A DNA stretch of 64,000 nucleotides. Source: Chrysomallon squamiferum (taxonomy: Eukaryota > Animalia > Mollusca). This document shows positions 1 through 64,000 of this stretch, piece by piece. The position numbers and the translations under genes were made by a program. The stretch is taken from NCBI GenBank assembly GCA_012295275.1, contig CM022668.1, positions 6,944,001-7,008,000 on the forward strand. The letters are read 5' to 3'. How positions within the stretch are numbered: position 1 is the first letter of the stretch; each line of letters begins with the position of its first letter. A model generated the notes under the pieces. It saw only the letters and a list, made by a program, of their open reading frames with translations. It had not been told where the DNA came from and ran no database searches.

Positions 1-418
1 TAAAATAAATTATCTACATATTCACACAGACAGGGATATTAAAAATTAGAAAATAACAAAAAGGAAAAAGAAAGAAAAATAAAAGATGAATTAAAAAAAG
101 AAGATAATTAATATTTTAATTTCTTTTTTGGACAAATTTAGATTTGTAAAGAAAACTGATTAATTTTGACTACACTTTCTGAAATTTAAAAAAAATAATT
201 AACAAGTAATAAAATCAGGGGAAAAAAATTACATTTTAATTTCTTTCAGATATAAAATGATTTGTGTTTGCAAACAAAAACAAATAATTTTTATCCAAGC
301 TCTATAAAACAATAATTATAAAGAAAATGAAAACCAACAAATAAATGCATAAAAAAACTGAAAAACAATTTATTTTAAATTTCTTTTTTTCAAATATTTA
401 TTATCAAGTTAAAACAAA

Positions 419-2850
419 TCATCTAAATTTAAGTTTTCCCAAATATATAAAAATATCTCTGCTGTAATCATGAAAAACTTCTTCAATGTCGAAATTTTCT
501 TTTAATATTGTTAAAAACTTTTTATCTCTGTCATATCGAATTTTGCATGACAACAGAAGAGTTGTCTTCTCACTACACAGGTGCAACAGAGTTCGTTTAA
601 GGTGAAAAAAGGTGTCTTCAATGTATATAATGTCAGCACCTATAACCACATCATAATGTCTTTTGAAATCAGAGAGATTCTGTGTCCAGTCTAGAACTAC
701 AGTAGAAATCTTTTTGTCGGCAGGAATGTTCTGTTTAACAATGTGTCTCAGATTTTCCACAGCTTCTTGTCTTTCGGTTACTGTGACATCACCACCTGCA
801 AAAATAATAATAAAATTAATAATAATAATTAATAATAATAATAATAATAATAAAAATAATAAAAATAATAAAAAATAATAATAATAATTAAAAATAATAA
901 TAATAATAATAATAATAAATATAAATATAAATATAAATATAAATAATAATAATAATTAAATAATAATAAAAATTGTTTTTACATGTATTTATATGATATA
1001 TATATATATGTATTTTTTTTTTTTTTTTTTTTGTTTCAAGTGATGGTTATATTTATTATATATTTCTGTTAAAATGTATCTGAGAAAATTGTCTAAATAT
1101 TAATTTACATAACAGTTATTTATGTTTTGTTTAAGTCCACAACTGATCTACATGTATTTTGTTTTAATTTTTTTTTTTTTTTTCATCATTCAGCTGATGA
1201 GTTTAGCATGAAAAAAATTAAGGATAGAAATATATTTTTAAATTTTCAATTTACACTTTACACTATTTATGCTTCTGAGGTTAATAATAATAAGTAGTAG
1301 CGGTAGATGAAACAAACAAAAACAATAATGATAATGATAATACCAACAAAAACATAGGAAATAATAATGATAATAATAACATAACAATAATAATGATAAT
1401 AATAATAATACTAAAGAAAAAAGGATGTGTCTGTAATAGAGGCTAAACATGTTTTTTAAATTGTCAAATAGCTTTTTGATTTCTTATCTTGTCAAATATA
1501 TTATATTTCCAATTTATTTATTTATTAGTTTCTTGTTGATATACCTTTGTTTTATTTTACATTTGTTCTGTCACTTGTTAATATGGTCCAGTGTTTCTTT
1601 GTGTATACATTTGTGATAATTTTCAAACTAACTAAAATATAATTTAAACTGTTTAATGTTATTTTTATTCTAGTGCACACCTGTTTTTGCTGATAATAAA
1701 GCCTGACAAATATACCTTTGAGGTATTTTTTTTTTGGACATAATTTTGTATGTAGAAATAAAATAAAAATAAAAATTCATTACTTAGAAAACAGAACCTT
1801 AACAATGATTTTCTCAACCTATCATAAAAAAAAAAATAATAATAACAAAAATAAAGTAATAATAAAATAAATAAATAAATAAATAAAATTCAGTTCTGGT
1901 TTAAAAATTAAAAATGTATTTGTTTCTTGCTATCCAGCTTTATTAATAATGAAATACAACAATAAAAAATCTGTTTAATTCTGTTGTTATGACATAATTA
2001 TGTAAATTCTGCCTGATATCCTAAAAATCTTTTAGTATAAAAAACAGTGCATCTGTTCTTTGATGTAATGTGTACTTTCCATGTATGTCATGACCTCACA
2101 AGTTCACTGGTGTTAAATTTTTATTTGAAAGACTACTAATTTATTGTCATACTTTGTTATTAGCAAAGATACCGGTATTATTAAGTAATAACATGGTATA
2201 TCAGGTGCACTTCATCATATTATCACCATCATCATTATCATTATCATTATTATTAATACTATTATCATTATCATTAACATTATTATTATTATTTTAAGTG
2301 AAATATAATTATCCAGTATACTACGATGTAAAAGTGTGCCAAACAAACCCAGCAGAGAAACAACCATTCCAACAAGACCCGTACCAGCCCCAAGTTCAAG
2401 GACACTTTTGTCTTTAACAATGTCTGGATTCTGTTCCAAGTATTCACACAAAACAACAGCCTGGAACATAATAATGGATATCAATGTAAACAAAAATAAT
2501 TAAAATATTTTTTATATGTATAGTATCGTAAGAGATGCAAATCTATGAAACAAATGCTGAAGATCCGCTTTATTGATCATGTGAGAAAGTTACATGAACT
2601 GCTATAAAACACTAAACTATTAATATTTCTTTTTATTTATTTATCCGAGTACAAAAACAAAAACATTTTGAAAATGTTTTACCGCGTCCCACACAACTGC
2701 TGCTACGCCCATGGCTTGCCACTTTTGTTTCACATGCATTTTATGTCCCGCAAAAGTAAATTTTCTGTCAGTTTGTTGATGGGGTAACAAACTGTCTTTG
2801 TTGTAAGGTATAACTGCAAGAGCGTTTTCGTCTTGCCTAGTCGAGTGCAT
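419..2850 (-). CDS. METTL21A: Protein N-lysine methyltransferase METTL21A (HSPA/HSP70 lysine methyltransferase); coding exons 2683-2850, 2349-2460, 419-795; 218 aa
   Basis: GT-AG junctions join in frame (168+112+377 = 657 nt). The translation has the family hallmarks ALAVIPY, GVAAVVWDAAVVL, motif I VLELGAGTGLVG, VTVTER, DVVIGADIIY (DXXY) and LLSCKIRYDRD, all close to human METTL21A as I recall it. A probable 5'UTR intron lies at 2922-3088 (GTAAGT...TTTCTACAG on the minus strand). Confidence 0.93.
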
Positions 2851-3088
2851 TTGTGTCCCGAAATTGCTGTCACAATCTTGAGAATAATAAATACAATGAT
2901 TATTGGTTTCCTGATGTGTCTCTGTAGAAACGTGATGTAATAATGAAACTGTTAACAAAAACTCGGTAAACAACCATGTTAACAACATAAATTAATAGAA
3001 TTAAAGTCTGTGAAATTTTAAAACCAGTAACATTATTTCCACGTACAAAGTATCAGTAGCGGAAGTTGTTAATACTGAAACTACTTAC

Positions 3089-3400
3089 TATTAAGTATTG
3101 TTGCTTTCAACTAAAAATTCACCTAATATTTACAGCCGAAGTTAAATCATTAATCGATAAAAATATCAAAATAAAATTAATTGCCAGTTAATATTAACAT
3201 TAAGTATATTTCACAATATAAATTTCAGTAAAACTTTGACTTATATAAATCATGATGTTTGTATAGATAATATTCTTTCTCGTGTGAGATTGCGAGATCT
3301 GGCGTCATGACAACGTTTACAAATGGGAGTTGCTTTGTTTGTTTGAATAGCTTATAAATTGTCATTCCGTGAATTTCTTGAGTATATTTTATTTATCAAG
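3089..3400. promoter_or_regulatory. Putative bidirectional promoter between METTL21A and the C7orf57-like gene
   Basis: The two start codons diverge about 550 nt apart (2850 and 3401). The region is locally CpG-rich and holds the palindrome TCTCGTGTGAGA (about 3278) and the X-box-like GGCGTCATGACAAC (3301-3314). Confidence 0.6.
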
Positions 3401-3720
3401 ATGACAACGAGTCAGAAAGAAAGTGAATTTGGTAAGTCATTATTTTCCAATTAATGTATACATATTTAAACATTTCACATTACTGATTGTTGTTCAGATT
3501 ACCTTGATTGACATATATAATTATTTTTAAAGCAATAATGATTAATTTGCTATGTTTCCGTTATTTGGAATTATATATGGAGTGAAAACCGATAATATCA
3601 GAATAACTTGATCATATTATGTTGTAAATATAAATTTTAAACAACAACAACTCACAAACATACACATACATATGTTATAGAATTTCAGAAACATCTATAA
3701 CAATAACTCTCTCTTTCTCT

Positions 3721-3755
<35 letters not shown>

Positions 3756-4230
3756 TATTTGAGAAAATTAATTAATTAAAGCATATATATTTATATATTT
3801 TTAATTTGTGACATGTTTTAATTGCTAGGGTGGTTCTATCATGCACCTATGAAACGCCAAACTTCACCTGACCTAACACCTCTTCCAGTGACATCACAAA
3901 TCCCAGGATTAAATCCTATTGATCCAGAGGAGTACAATACAAAACCAAGGGAAATGGTTTTCAAAGACACTGACACCAAGTACATACGTCTAGCGAAAGA
4001 AGGAGGCAGAAAAGGTAATGTAAATAAATAAATGTTTAAAAAAAAAAAAAAAAAAATTCTCTAATTCTTTTCTTCACGTTGTTATTTTTTGCTACTTATA
4101 TATTTATTTGATTTGATTTGATTTTTCATATTTGTTCTTTTCTTCATGTTAGTTCTTTTTTCTGTTATTAGTATTATCTTATATTTGGTCATTTTTCTTC
4201 TCATTATTTCTTATATTTTGTTATTATTTC

Positions 4231-4300
<70 letters not shown>

Positions 4301-4406
4301 TCTTTAATTTTTTTTTATATATATATATTCATTTTATTTGTAAAGTCTTACCTAAAAATTTTGTGGGGAAATTATAGAATTTTGTGTTTTTAGAGAATAA
4401 ATAATT

Positions 4407-4446
<40 letters not shown>

Positions 4447-6510
4447 TTATTTTACACATTTCATTTTTAATTTCAGATTTCAGTTTTCACACTGTATTCT
4501 ACTTTATTTATAAAAATACATTCTGTTGTCAGTTATAAGACAGTCTGATACTTTATTTATAAAAATACATTCTGTTGTCAGTTATAAGACAGTGTGATAT
4601 TTTGTTTTTCAGATCTGCTGGTTTTCAGAGAACCCAAAGAAAAGAGCAGTGAGCCGAAAGGTTACCCGAGAGTTGACTGGTTTTACTTGGAAGATAATCG
4701 CAGGGAAGATGAAGCTAACAAAGGAGAAGATGAACTGTGAGTAAAATAAAACATTATTAATATTATTTCTAAACATTAAAACACATTATTATTAAATTAT
4801 TAAAACACATCAGTGGGTATTTGTAAAAATAACTCAATTATAAATATATTTTGGTTCTTTTAAATTATTGTTTTAACTTCAGTTGGTTCTTGTTAAGATA
4901 TTGCTAGAAATCAAATAACCTGCACTGATGTTATTATTATTTCATTTATTCTTCCAAATTATTTTTGATTAAATTACTGTTTTACAAGTAATTGTTAAAG
5001 CAAATAAATTTTGTAGATACTGATTCATCAAAAATTAAATCATCATTAAATTACCTAAATATAACTGGTATTCTTCCAAATCATTCCATAAAATATACAT
5101 TATTATTATTATTTTTTTTTTTATATTTTAAGAAACTGGCAGTTCCTTCTACCAGAATACATGGTACATGAAAGCTATAAACCGAATGAAGATGAACCTT
5201 TGGAACCTCCATCAGGTTCTCATAAGAAAGTTCCGTTTGCTCAGGATAATCTCTCAGTGTTTAAACGAGAAACTGCGTCAGCCAACGACAAAACTGTGAA
5301 GATTGACAATGCCCGACCTCCTGGGTACGGAGTCAGGAACAGCAAACCACCACGGCGAAACCAGCAGACTTCAAAGTGTCAAGCAGATGCCAACAACAAC
5401 TCACCAGCAGGGTGAGTCAAATAAAACACATACTTGTGTATCAGTTACAAACCAGATGTTGTCTCAAAATTTAATCAAATAATCAAAATATGATTGATAC
5501 TGAATATTAAAGTAAAGCTTAAGATATTTATATTTACAAATGCTCTTTATTACATTTATCATGCAAAGATTTTAAGAACTATATAAAAGCACACTGGCTG
5601 AAGGGGATAATGTTGATAGTTTCTAACAACTGGACAGTACGAAGCTGTGAAAATAAATACAAGGTTTTAGGTACTAAAATATGTGACTTATATATGAGTA
5701 AATACAGTTTTCAGTAGCTTCCATTTTTATATATAAATATGCAACTTTATAAAATGTGAATAAATGGTCTGTTATTGTTTTATTTGTTGATGACAATCAG
5801 TATTAGCTAATAATAAAGTAACCCATGTTTGTTAGAATGCCAGGAGATTAATGATTGTATTTTCAATATTGTCATTTCAGGTATTTATTTTATTTGTTTA
5901 TTTTTTTAAATTTATTTATTATTATTTAATTTTATTTATATTTTTAGTTGGGATTTTTTTATGTTGTTTTTGTTTTCGGTATCATCAAAGGTATATTTTA
6001 ATAAATATTCATTAACATTAAAATAATACTTTTAAAAATTTACTTTTGTTCCTGTAGACGCAAAGATGTGAGTGACAAGCACCAGCCTGCTATGAACAAA
6101 CTTCTGTCATACGCATATGAGAAAGAGTGGCACGAATCTCAAAAACAAAACAAAGTGAAAGACAAAACAGACAATAATTTATCAAACAGGTATGTACAGA
6201 CCTCGTGTTTGCAGTTTTGGTGATGTTAGGAAATAACCTAAAATGCATGCAGCATACCTGCAAGTTTTATTTTATTTCTTCACTTTCACCCAATCTTTAT
6301 TAATAATAAAGTATTATGAACATATAAAAAATTTAAAAATTATATTTGTCAAAATATCTGGATTCTGTCATTTTCATTTAACCTTAATTTATTACATACA
6401 TGGCTGACTTACTTGATCTGAAATTTCTTCCACTTCTGTAAGAAAAAATACAACTATGATGATGTCATGATTCCATCTAGTTTTATTATGATATGTTATT
6501 GTTGTAATTG

Positions 6511-6566
<56 letters not shown>

Positions 6567-6906
6567 ATTATTCATTTTTCTTATATTATTATTGTTGTTA
6601 TTATAATTATTGTTATTAATGTTTTTGTTATTTTATTATAATTGTTGTTTTTGTTAGTTTTATTCTCTTTTTCATTACTGATGTTACCATACTGATGATT
6701 AAATTTACTGTTGTTACTATTAATCTTTTTTTATTATTATCATCATCATCATCATTAAGTTCATTATCATAATCATTATTTTTATCATTTTCATCATCAT
6801 CATTAACATTATTTTCTTCTTCAACATTATTATTATTATTATTATTATCATTATTCCATTATTATTTTTGTTATCATTATCATTATCATCATCATCATCA
6901 TCATCA

Positions 6907-6967
<61 letters not shown>

Positions 6968-7641
6968 TGTTTTTAGGAAAGATAAAGCTGTTATGAACAG
7001 AAGCAGTCCCCAGAAACAGAAACAGAAACATGACGAAGAAAAAGAATTATTTAAACTTTCCAAGTAAAAAAGAATTCATTATTTTAACAAAATACCAGTA
7101 ACAATTTGCTATGTTTATTTTAAAAATATCATTAAGATATTTGTTTTAATCTCTATATTATTTTATTAAAATATTAGTAATAATTTGTTAGGGTTTTTTA
7201 AAAATTATTATTAAGATATATTTTTTTAAATTTCATTTCTATATAAAGTTTTATTTTTTAAATTTCTCTATAAAGATATTTTTAATTTTTTTTTTATGTA
7301 AAGATAATTTTTAATTTCTCTATAAAGATAAGTTTCTGGGTTTTATGGGAAATTTGCATGTAAAATATAACTTGCTAGATATGTAAGATCATGGTGCAGA
7401 AAGGTGACAGCAAGCTTTCCTTTTTATATTATCATCCAGTAACTTTCACCCAACATCCAATGTTTTTAAAATAATAAACTTCATTATTAAAACGTACTGA
7501 GATAACACTACCTTTTCTAATACAAAATAGTCTAATATATATATATTGCATATTTCTAGTTGAGTTTTATTATCTTTATTATTATCAAGGCATTTATTGA
7601 ACTACCACAGTTACAGTAAAAAAATGATTTATTTATTTATT

Positions 7642-7727
<86 letters not shown>

Positions 7728-8070
7728 ATGATTTATTCATATGACCATGGTATGCTTTGTAATAATTTATTATTCAATTAAAATTCATGCATTTACTAAT
7801 GTTATCAAAGATAATTTCTGTCATTGTTGTTATTATTATTATTATTTTTTTTTTTATGTTTTAATGTATTTGTTTCTTGGTAATTTTGTTGGGGTTTTTT
7901 TGGTTTCTTTTTCTTAAATTTGTGTTTCTGTTTCTCTTAATATGACCATTACTGATTTTTATTATTTATATTTTTAAATATTTGTTTACAGGTTCAAAAA
8001 TATTCCTCCAAGAATCAACACACATAAGCAGACAAAAGAATCAAAAGAACCTGCAAATGTTCAGAAGTAG
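3401..8070 (+). CDS. C7orf57: C7orf57-like uncharacterised protein; exons 3401-3431, 3829-4014, 4613-4736, 5133-5411, 6058-6189, 6977-7063, 7992-8070; 305 aa
   Basis: Seven GT-AG exons join in frame (918 nt, ending TAG). Motifs GWFYHAPMKR, SQIPGL, KDTDTKYIRLAKEGGRKDLL, VDWFY, LPEYMVHE, PFAQD and MNKLLSYAYEKEW parallel human C7orf57 as recalled (DWYYHVPVKR, SQIPGL, ETDSEYVKLAKQGGRPDLL, MPDYMVYEE, FSKLISNGYKDEW). Confidence 0.85.
4496..4600 (+). repeat. Two-copy tandem duplication (about 52 nt) just upstream of the C7orf57-like exon 3 acceptor
   Basis: TACTTTATTTATAAAAATACATTCTGTTGTCAGTTATAAGACAGT occurs twice in tandem. Confidence 0.85.
7335..7435 (+). mobile_element. Decayed SINE core fragment (Nin-domain-like)
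   Basis: TGGGAAATTTGCATGTAAAATATAACTTGCTAG...GGTGACAGCAAGCTTTCCT resembles the gastropod SINE core TGGGATGGTGCATATAAAAGATCCCTTGCTG...GGCGACAGCGGGTTTCCT, recalled from memory and not searched. Confidence 0.4.
7584..7725 (+). repeat. Dispersed repeat copy 1: about 50-nt body plus (ATTT)n(ATT)n tail, likely a retroposon 3' end
   Basis: GGCATTTATTGAACTACCACAGTTACAGTAAAAAAATGATTT is nearly identical to the sequence at 21935-21980, and both are followed by the same compound microsatellite. Confidence 0.7.
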
Positions 8071-9057
8071 ATGAACTTTAATTGCAAGCTTCATTGTTAC
8101 ATCCATTCGTCCACTCATACCTCCATATTTATCATCCCCAGTTGTAAAATGTTTACAATCTGTATAACGATATTTTTACATTTGTAAACTGCAATTTTCT
8201 GTGTTAAGTGTTATTTGTTGAATATGTTTTATTTCTCATTATTTGTTAATGTATCTCTTGTTCATTTTAAATATGTTTAAGCTTATCTATGTATCTGTAT
8301 GAATTTTTTTTCATGCTTTGTAAGCACATGAGCCAAATTAAATAGAAGCTTATTTTGTAAAATTTATTTAATTGGAATTTTCCAGAAATATCAGTAGAAA
8401 GCAAAAATAATGCCAAAAGCAGTTTTATTTATTTTATTTACTTTTATTTATTTTTATTTTTTTCCCATGTATATTAGAGTAATTTTATTATTTTTTTTAA
8501 AGTTTCAGAGCATTATCGCATATATTCAGACAAGTTATCAGTCATGCTTCATTAAGTCATTAGGTTTGAACATTTATTTATTATCAGTTTTAACATTTTA
8601 TATTCATTACTCTAATGTGCACAGAGATGCCAAAACCACATTTAGAAGACAAAATATCTTCTGTACAAAATATTGTACGGTTTTTTATCTTTTACTATTA
8701 TTATTTTAGTAACTGTTGATAACTTTTTTTTTTAATCATTTATATCTTTTAACTGCCTGCATTTTAAGTATTTTATACAAAATGTATCTTATTAATTTTA
8801 CAGTTTATTATGTATTAAATTTACATAAATGATATTAATATCAAAATTTAATAATGGCCAAAAGTTTATGTCGTTATGGTAGAAACAAAAATGGTTTACT
8901 TTATTGTTGGTTTTTAAAAATAAAAAAAATTACAAAAAAAAATAAATAAATAAATAAATAAATAACATCAAAAAAAAAAATAAGAAAAAAAATAAACATA
9001 AAAGATTAGAAAACATTAATCTGCATAAATACAGTAATAGTTTACTATTTTGTATCC

Positions 9058-9128
<71 letters not shown>

Positions 9129-9458
9129 ATAAGTAAATTTTGGTTAAACTAAGAGTTGATTACATACCTTTAAACCACCATATATGTGCAAATCAAGTAA
9201 TACAAAAAAAACAACAAAATAAAACTGTATTGATATCGCCAAGAGACTGGACAATTCATTATCTTATTAGAATGTAAACAAAATTATTATTATAAATAAA
9301 TTAAGAAGAAAATGTTTTTATTTTTAATTTCATTTTTGAATATTTTATGTGCTACCTGTATTGACAGTTGTATTTGTAATGTTATTAAGTATGTTATAGC
9401 AAAATAAAATAAATTATAGCCCTAATTTTAGTGTTTTCTTTTTTGTTATTCTATGTAA

Positions 9459-9559
<101 letters not shown>

Positions 9560-10319
9560 AAATAAAATGAAATAATCAAGCAAACAAACATACTTGTCAT
9601 ACAACAGAAAACAGGTCAATATATGTATTAACAATTATATTTACCTTCACGCTGATATAATTTTATACATTTACTTTTGACAGTCATTCACTAAAACCTT
9701 TTTAAGAACAATATTAAACAAACTTGCAAAGCTGCCTCAGTAATTTTATTAAAAAAACAAAAATTAAGAAGAAAAAAAGATTTCAAGTTAACTAAATAAA
9801 AAGGAAACCTAATTTGATGAAAACATTATGATAGATAGTAAGGGGACACAACTGTGATAAACCTGACAAGCCAAGAGTTGTCTTTCTTTATCGTAATTAT
9901 GACAGTAGTGTATTCGTGTCCGAATATCAAGTTACGATTCTTTTTTTGCTGTTTGTTATGTTCTCATTCTAAAAACATTGATCTCTTTAGAAGAATCTCC
10001 AATCTCCTAAAACCTCAGAGATCTTTGATTCTTTTTCTCAATATACTTAGTTTCACCACCAAATGACTGACAGCGAGAGATTAAAAAGCCCTGCTTTGTA
10101 GAAGCTGAACTGTTACTGTGATAATAACGCCCCGTAGAGACGACCCCGACAAATCGAAGGGTGTGGAGGGGCAACAGTCCACACCTCTAAATGATTGCAA
10201 AATATATATATAAAAATTATTATAATTTTATTGTTTTTGTTTTTTTTATTTATAATTTTGAACTTTTTATTTAATAGTTGTTCCCATATTTATACGAAGC
10301 CCAAGCTCGATTTTTTAAT

Positions 10320-10367
<48 letters not shown>

Positions 10368-10397
10368 AACTACTACTACTACTACTACTACTACTAC

Positions 10398-10838
10398 CAG
10401 TGCCGGATTTATTGTGCTAGTCGCCCACAGGCTATATAAATTTTATCGCCCTCTCTTCAAGCCCACTTCACCCTTCCCACTTCGTTTATTATATAATATG
10501 AAATATATGATTTTTTATAACTTATGGAAAATGCACAACTTCTTACTGAAAAAGCGCACACCTCAAAAAATACCAGTATTTTTACAAAGTTTCTGTCCAA
10601 TAGGTATTTATTCTTAGTCATAATAATTTAATTGAATTAGGTCAAAAGAGCGCAAATTTTAACAAAGCGCACAACTCGATAATTTAGTGCACAATCTCCT
10701 AAAAAAAAGCGCCCCACTGTGCATGAAAGGCGCACAGTTGACAACACTGGCCAGTAACAATTTTCATAACCTGCCGCCCCTATTATCTTGCCACCCTAGG
10801 CTCTACCCTAGAAAGCCTATGTGGGAAATCAGGCCTTG
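10398..10838. mobile_element. hAT-like non-autonomous DNA transposon (MITE, 441 bp) inserted in an (ACT)n tract, with a nested element end
   Basis: Imperfect TIRs CAGTGCCGGATTT / AAATCAGGCCTTG, with ACTACTAC on both sides (compatible with an 8-bp TSD but ambiguous inside a microsatellite). Internal GCGCACA-type repeats and a second terminus-like AGTTGACAACACTG end at 10749. Confidence 0.6.
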
Positions 10839-10999
10839 ACTACTACTATTACTACTACTACTACGACTACTACTACTTCTATTACTATTACTAGTAATAA
10901 CTACTACAGCAACTACTTCTACTATTTCATTTATTTATTCATTTATTCAGTGAATAATAATAATAATAATAATAATGAAAGAGAGCAATTCCACTAGAT

Positions 11000-11354
11000 C
11001 TAAATGCGTTTACTGTACTAAAATATATGTATGACGTAAGCGTCCAGTCTCGCCGACTAACATTCTTTCTCTCCCGGTATTCAGTTTATATATGTTCACT
11101 TCACTAATTGTGACATCGGCTAGGACAAATTTCTACTTTAAAGTGAAGGAACACCTCGTCATTTCTTTAAATTACATCCTACAAACAGCATGACATGTAA
11201 ACAAGCCGCCAACATCAGTTTCACGTGTCTCAACGAAATGAATCGAAGTGTACCGAGAGTTCACGGACGCCAAAACGAGTTAAACCGTAATGACGTCATT
11301 TCTTTGTTGTCGTTATGGTTTGCGTAAGTATATTGTATTTGGTTCAAGTTTTGC

Positions 11355-11446
<92 letters not shown>

Positions 11447-12665
11447 CTCTTCTTCTTCTTCTTCTTCTTCTTCTTCTTTTTCTTCTTCTTAAACAATTGT
11501 TATTTCATTTGTATTTCAACTTTCGTTTATTAAAGTATACATTTTTTTTTTTTATTATTCTTAATGAATGTAATTTCGTGGATTTCATACTCTTTTTTTT
11601 TTTTTTTATTTTCAACTATACCATAGCTAAAACTCTTGTGTAATTTTCCAAGTCTGTCATCATTCCTTTTTGTAATTAAACACCCATACACATGTAGCTA
11701 AATATATATACTACAGCTACTACTGCTAAATTACTACTATTATTAGGACTACTGATGCTGTGCTATAACTACTGGTACTATTACTGCTGCTACCGTTACT
11801 ACTACTACAACTATTATTATTAATATTATTGTTGTTGTACTTGCTTGTTGTTGTTGTTGTTACTACTTTTACATGTAGCATTATTTCTCTGTACCTTTAA
11901 TATAAACATATATATATAATATGGTATATGTTTGTGTATGGGCGACGTTGGGTGTTTGTGGGTCTGCAGGTCTGTAGCATATAGAACGGGGATAAGACTC
12001 ACGTTTGATCTAAGAACAAGATCCCTCAAATCATTCAAGAACTTTAAACTAGGCGCCCTTTCGAACACGTCGTTTAGGACAAGCGACCGAGGACGCAGCT
12101 GAGAAAATGGCAGGAATTTACGAGGAAGAGATGGCATTTCTTAATTCCCACCTGTCGCCGTGCGAACCGTAGCTCAAGTCAGCGGTCACTTCGAGACAAA
12201 CAGTCGAGAAGCGCTCAGATAAATTCCGTTGACATGCGTATGTTTCTTTGCAAGGCACAATTAAAATACAGAACTGCCTGCGGGCGTTACACTTAGCAGA
12301 GTAAGAGAGAGAGAGAGAGAGAAAACGACACTCGCCACTTGCTGTCATTTCGGATGTCGCAGAAAACTTTACGTTGAGTGTCAAACTCCGGAACTTTTTT
12401 CTTACCTTTTTTTTTTTTTTTGCTCCGTTCTGTCGTCTGCGCGGAGGACAGTGAAGTGACGTCTGCTGTTACTTTAGAAAACGACGTATTTCTGCGTTAG
12501 CGGTCTAGAAGACAGTTTGTGGACCACGGGGAAAAGATATTGCAGTGTTTTTCTAGGACAAAGCGTAGCGATCACTTCACTTTATGGATGTAGAGGTTAT
12601 TAGAAATTGTTTTAATTAACAATCTACTGCAGCAGAAGTGAGTTGAGATCGTTTTAAAAGCTGCG
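11000..12665 (+). promoter_or_regulatory. Putative promoter and 5'UTR of the LRP2-like gene
   Basis: GC- and CpG-rich island-like segment (about 11940-12580) directly upstream of the signal-peptide exon. It carries CRE TGACGTCA at 11291, E-box CACGTG at 11222 and YY1-like AAAATGGC near 12104. Confidence 0.55.

Positions 12666-64000
<51,335 letters not shown>

Noticed and set aside
2851-2988. In-frame upstream ATG adding a hydrophobic, signal-peptide-like extension (MLLTWLFTEFLLTVSLL...) to METTL21A
   Set aside because: This ATG falls inside a probable 5'UTR intron (donor GTAAGT at 3088, acceptor TTTCTACAG at 2922), and starting at 2850 already gives a typical 218-aa protein. It would matter only if the intron were retained.
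10158-10190. Small GC-rich hairpin GGTGTGGA...TCCACACC
   Set aside because: An 8-bp stem with no Helitron-type CTRR end or other supporting context.
11826-12384. Two minus-strand ORFs (103 and 88 aa) in the GC-richer region
   Set aside because: No recognisable domain or splice structure. They are better explained as chance ORFs in the LRP2 promoter and 5'UTR.

Overview
AT-rich, microsatellite-dense animal genomic DNA, probably a mollusc such as a gastropod (inference from gene style and SINE-like remnants). It holds three spliced protein-coding genes, rebuilt by hand from GT-AG junctions and reading frame. (1) METTL21A, the HSP70 lysine methyltransferase: minus strand, 3 coding exons, 218 aa. 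(2) A head-to-head C7orf57-like gene: plus strand, 7 exons, 305 aa. (3) The 5' part of an LRP2/megalin-like receptor: 47 exons from 12666 to the window end, with a signal-peptide exon, a 15-kb first intron, only 3 LDLa repeats in cluster I, 8 in cluster II and six YWTD propellers. Mobile DNA comprises an intact Tc1/mariner-superfamily MITE, a hAT-like MITE with a nested end, and decayed SINE-like pieces. The most striking unexplained structure is a recurring set of tandem repeats anchored on LRP2 splice junctions, whose units copy the splice site and often the first or last exon bases, so arrays of decoy acceptors or donors flank real exons. Also notable are a CpG-rich first intron with clustered CRE and E-box motifs, an 8-cysteine first LDLa repeat and a phase mismatch at one junction. 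Most ORFs in the supplied track are microsatellite artefacts. No prokaryotic features, tRNA, rRNA or CRISPR arrays were seen.
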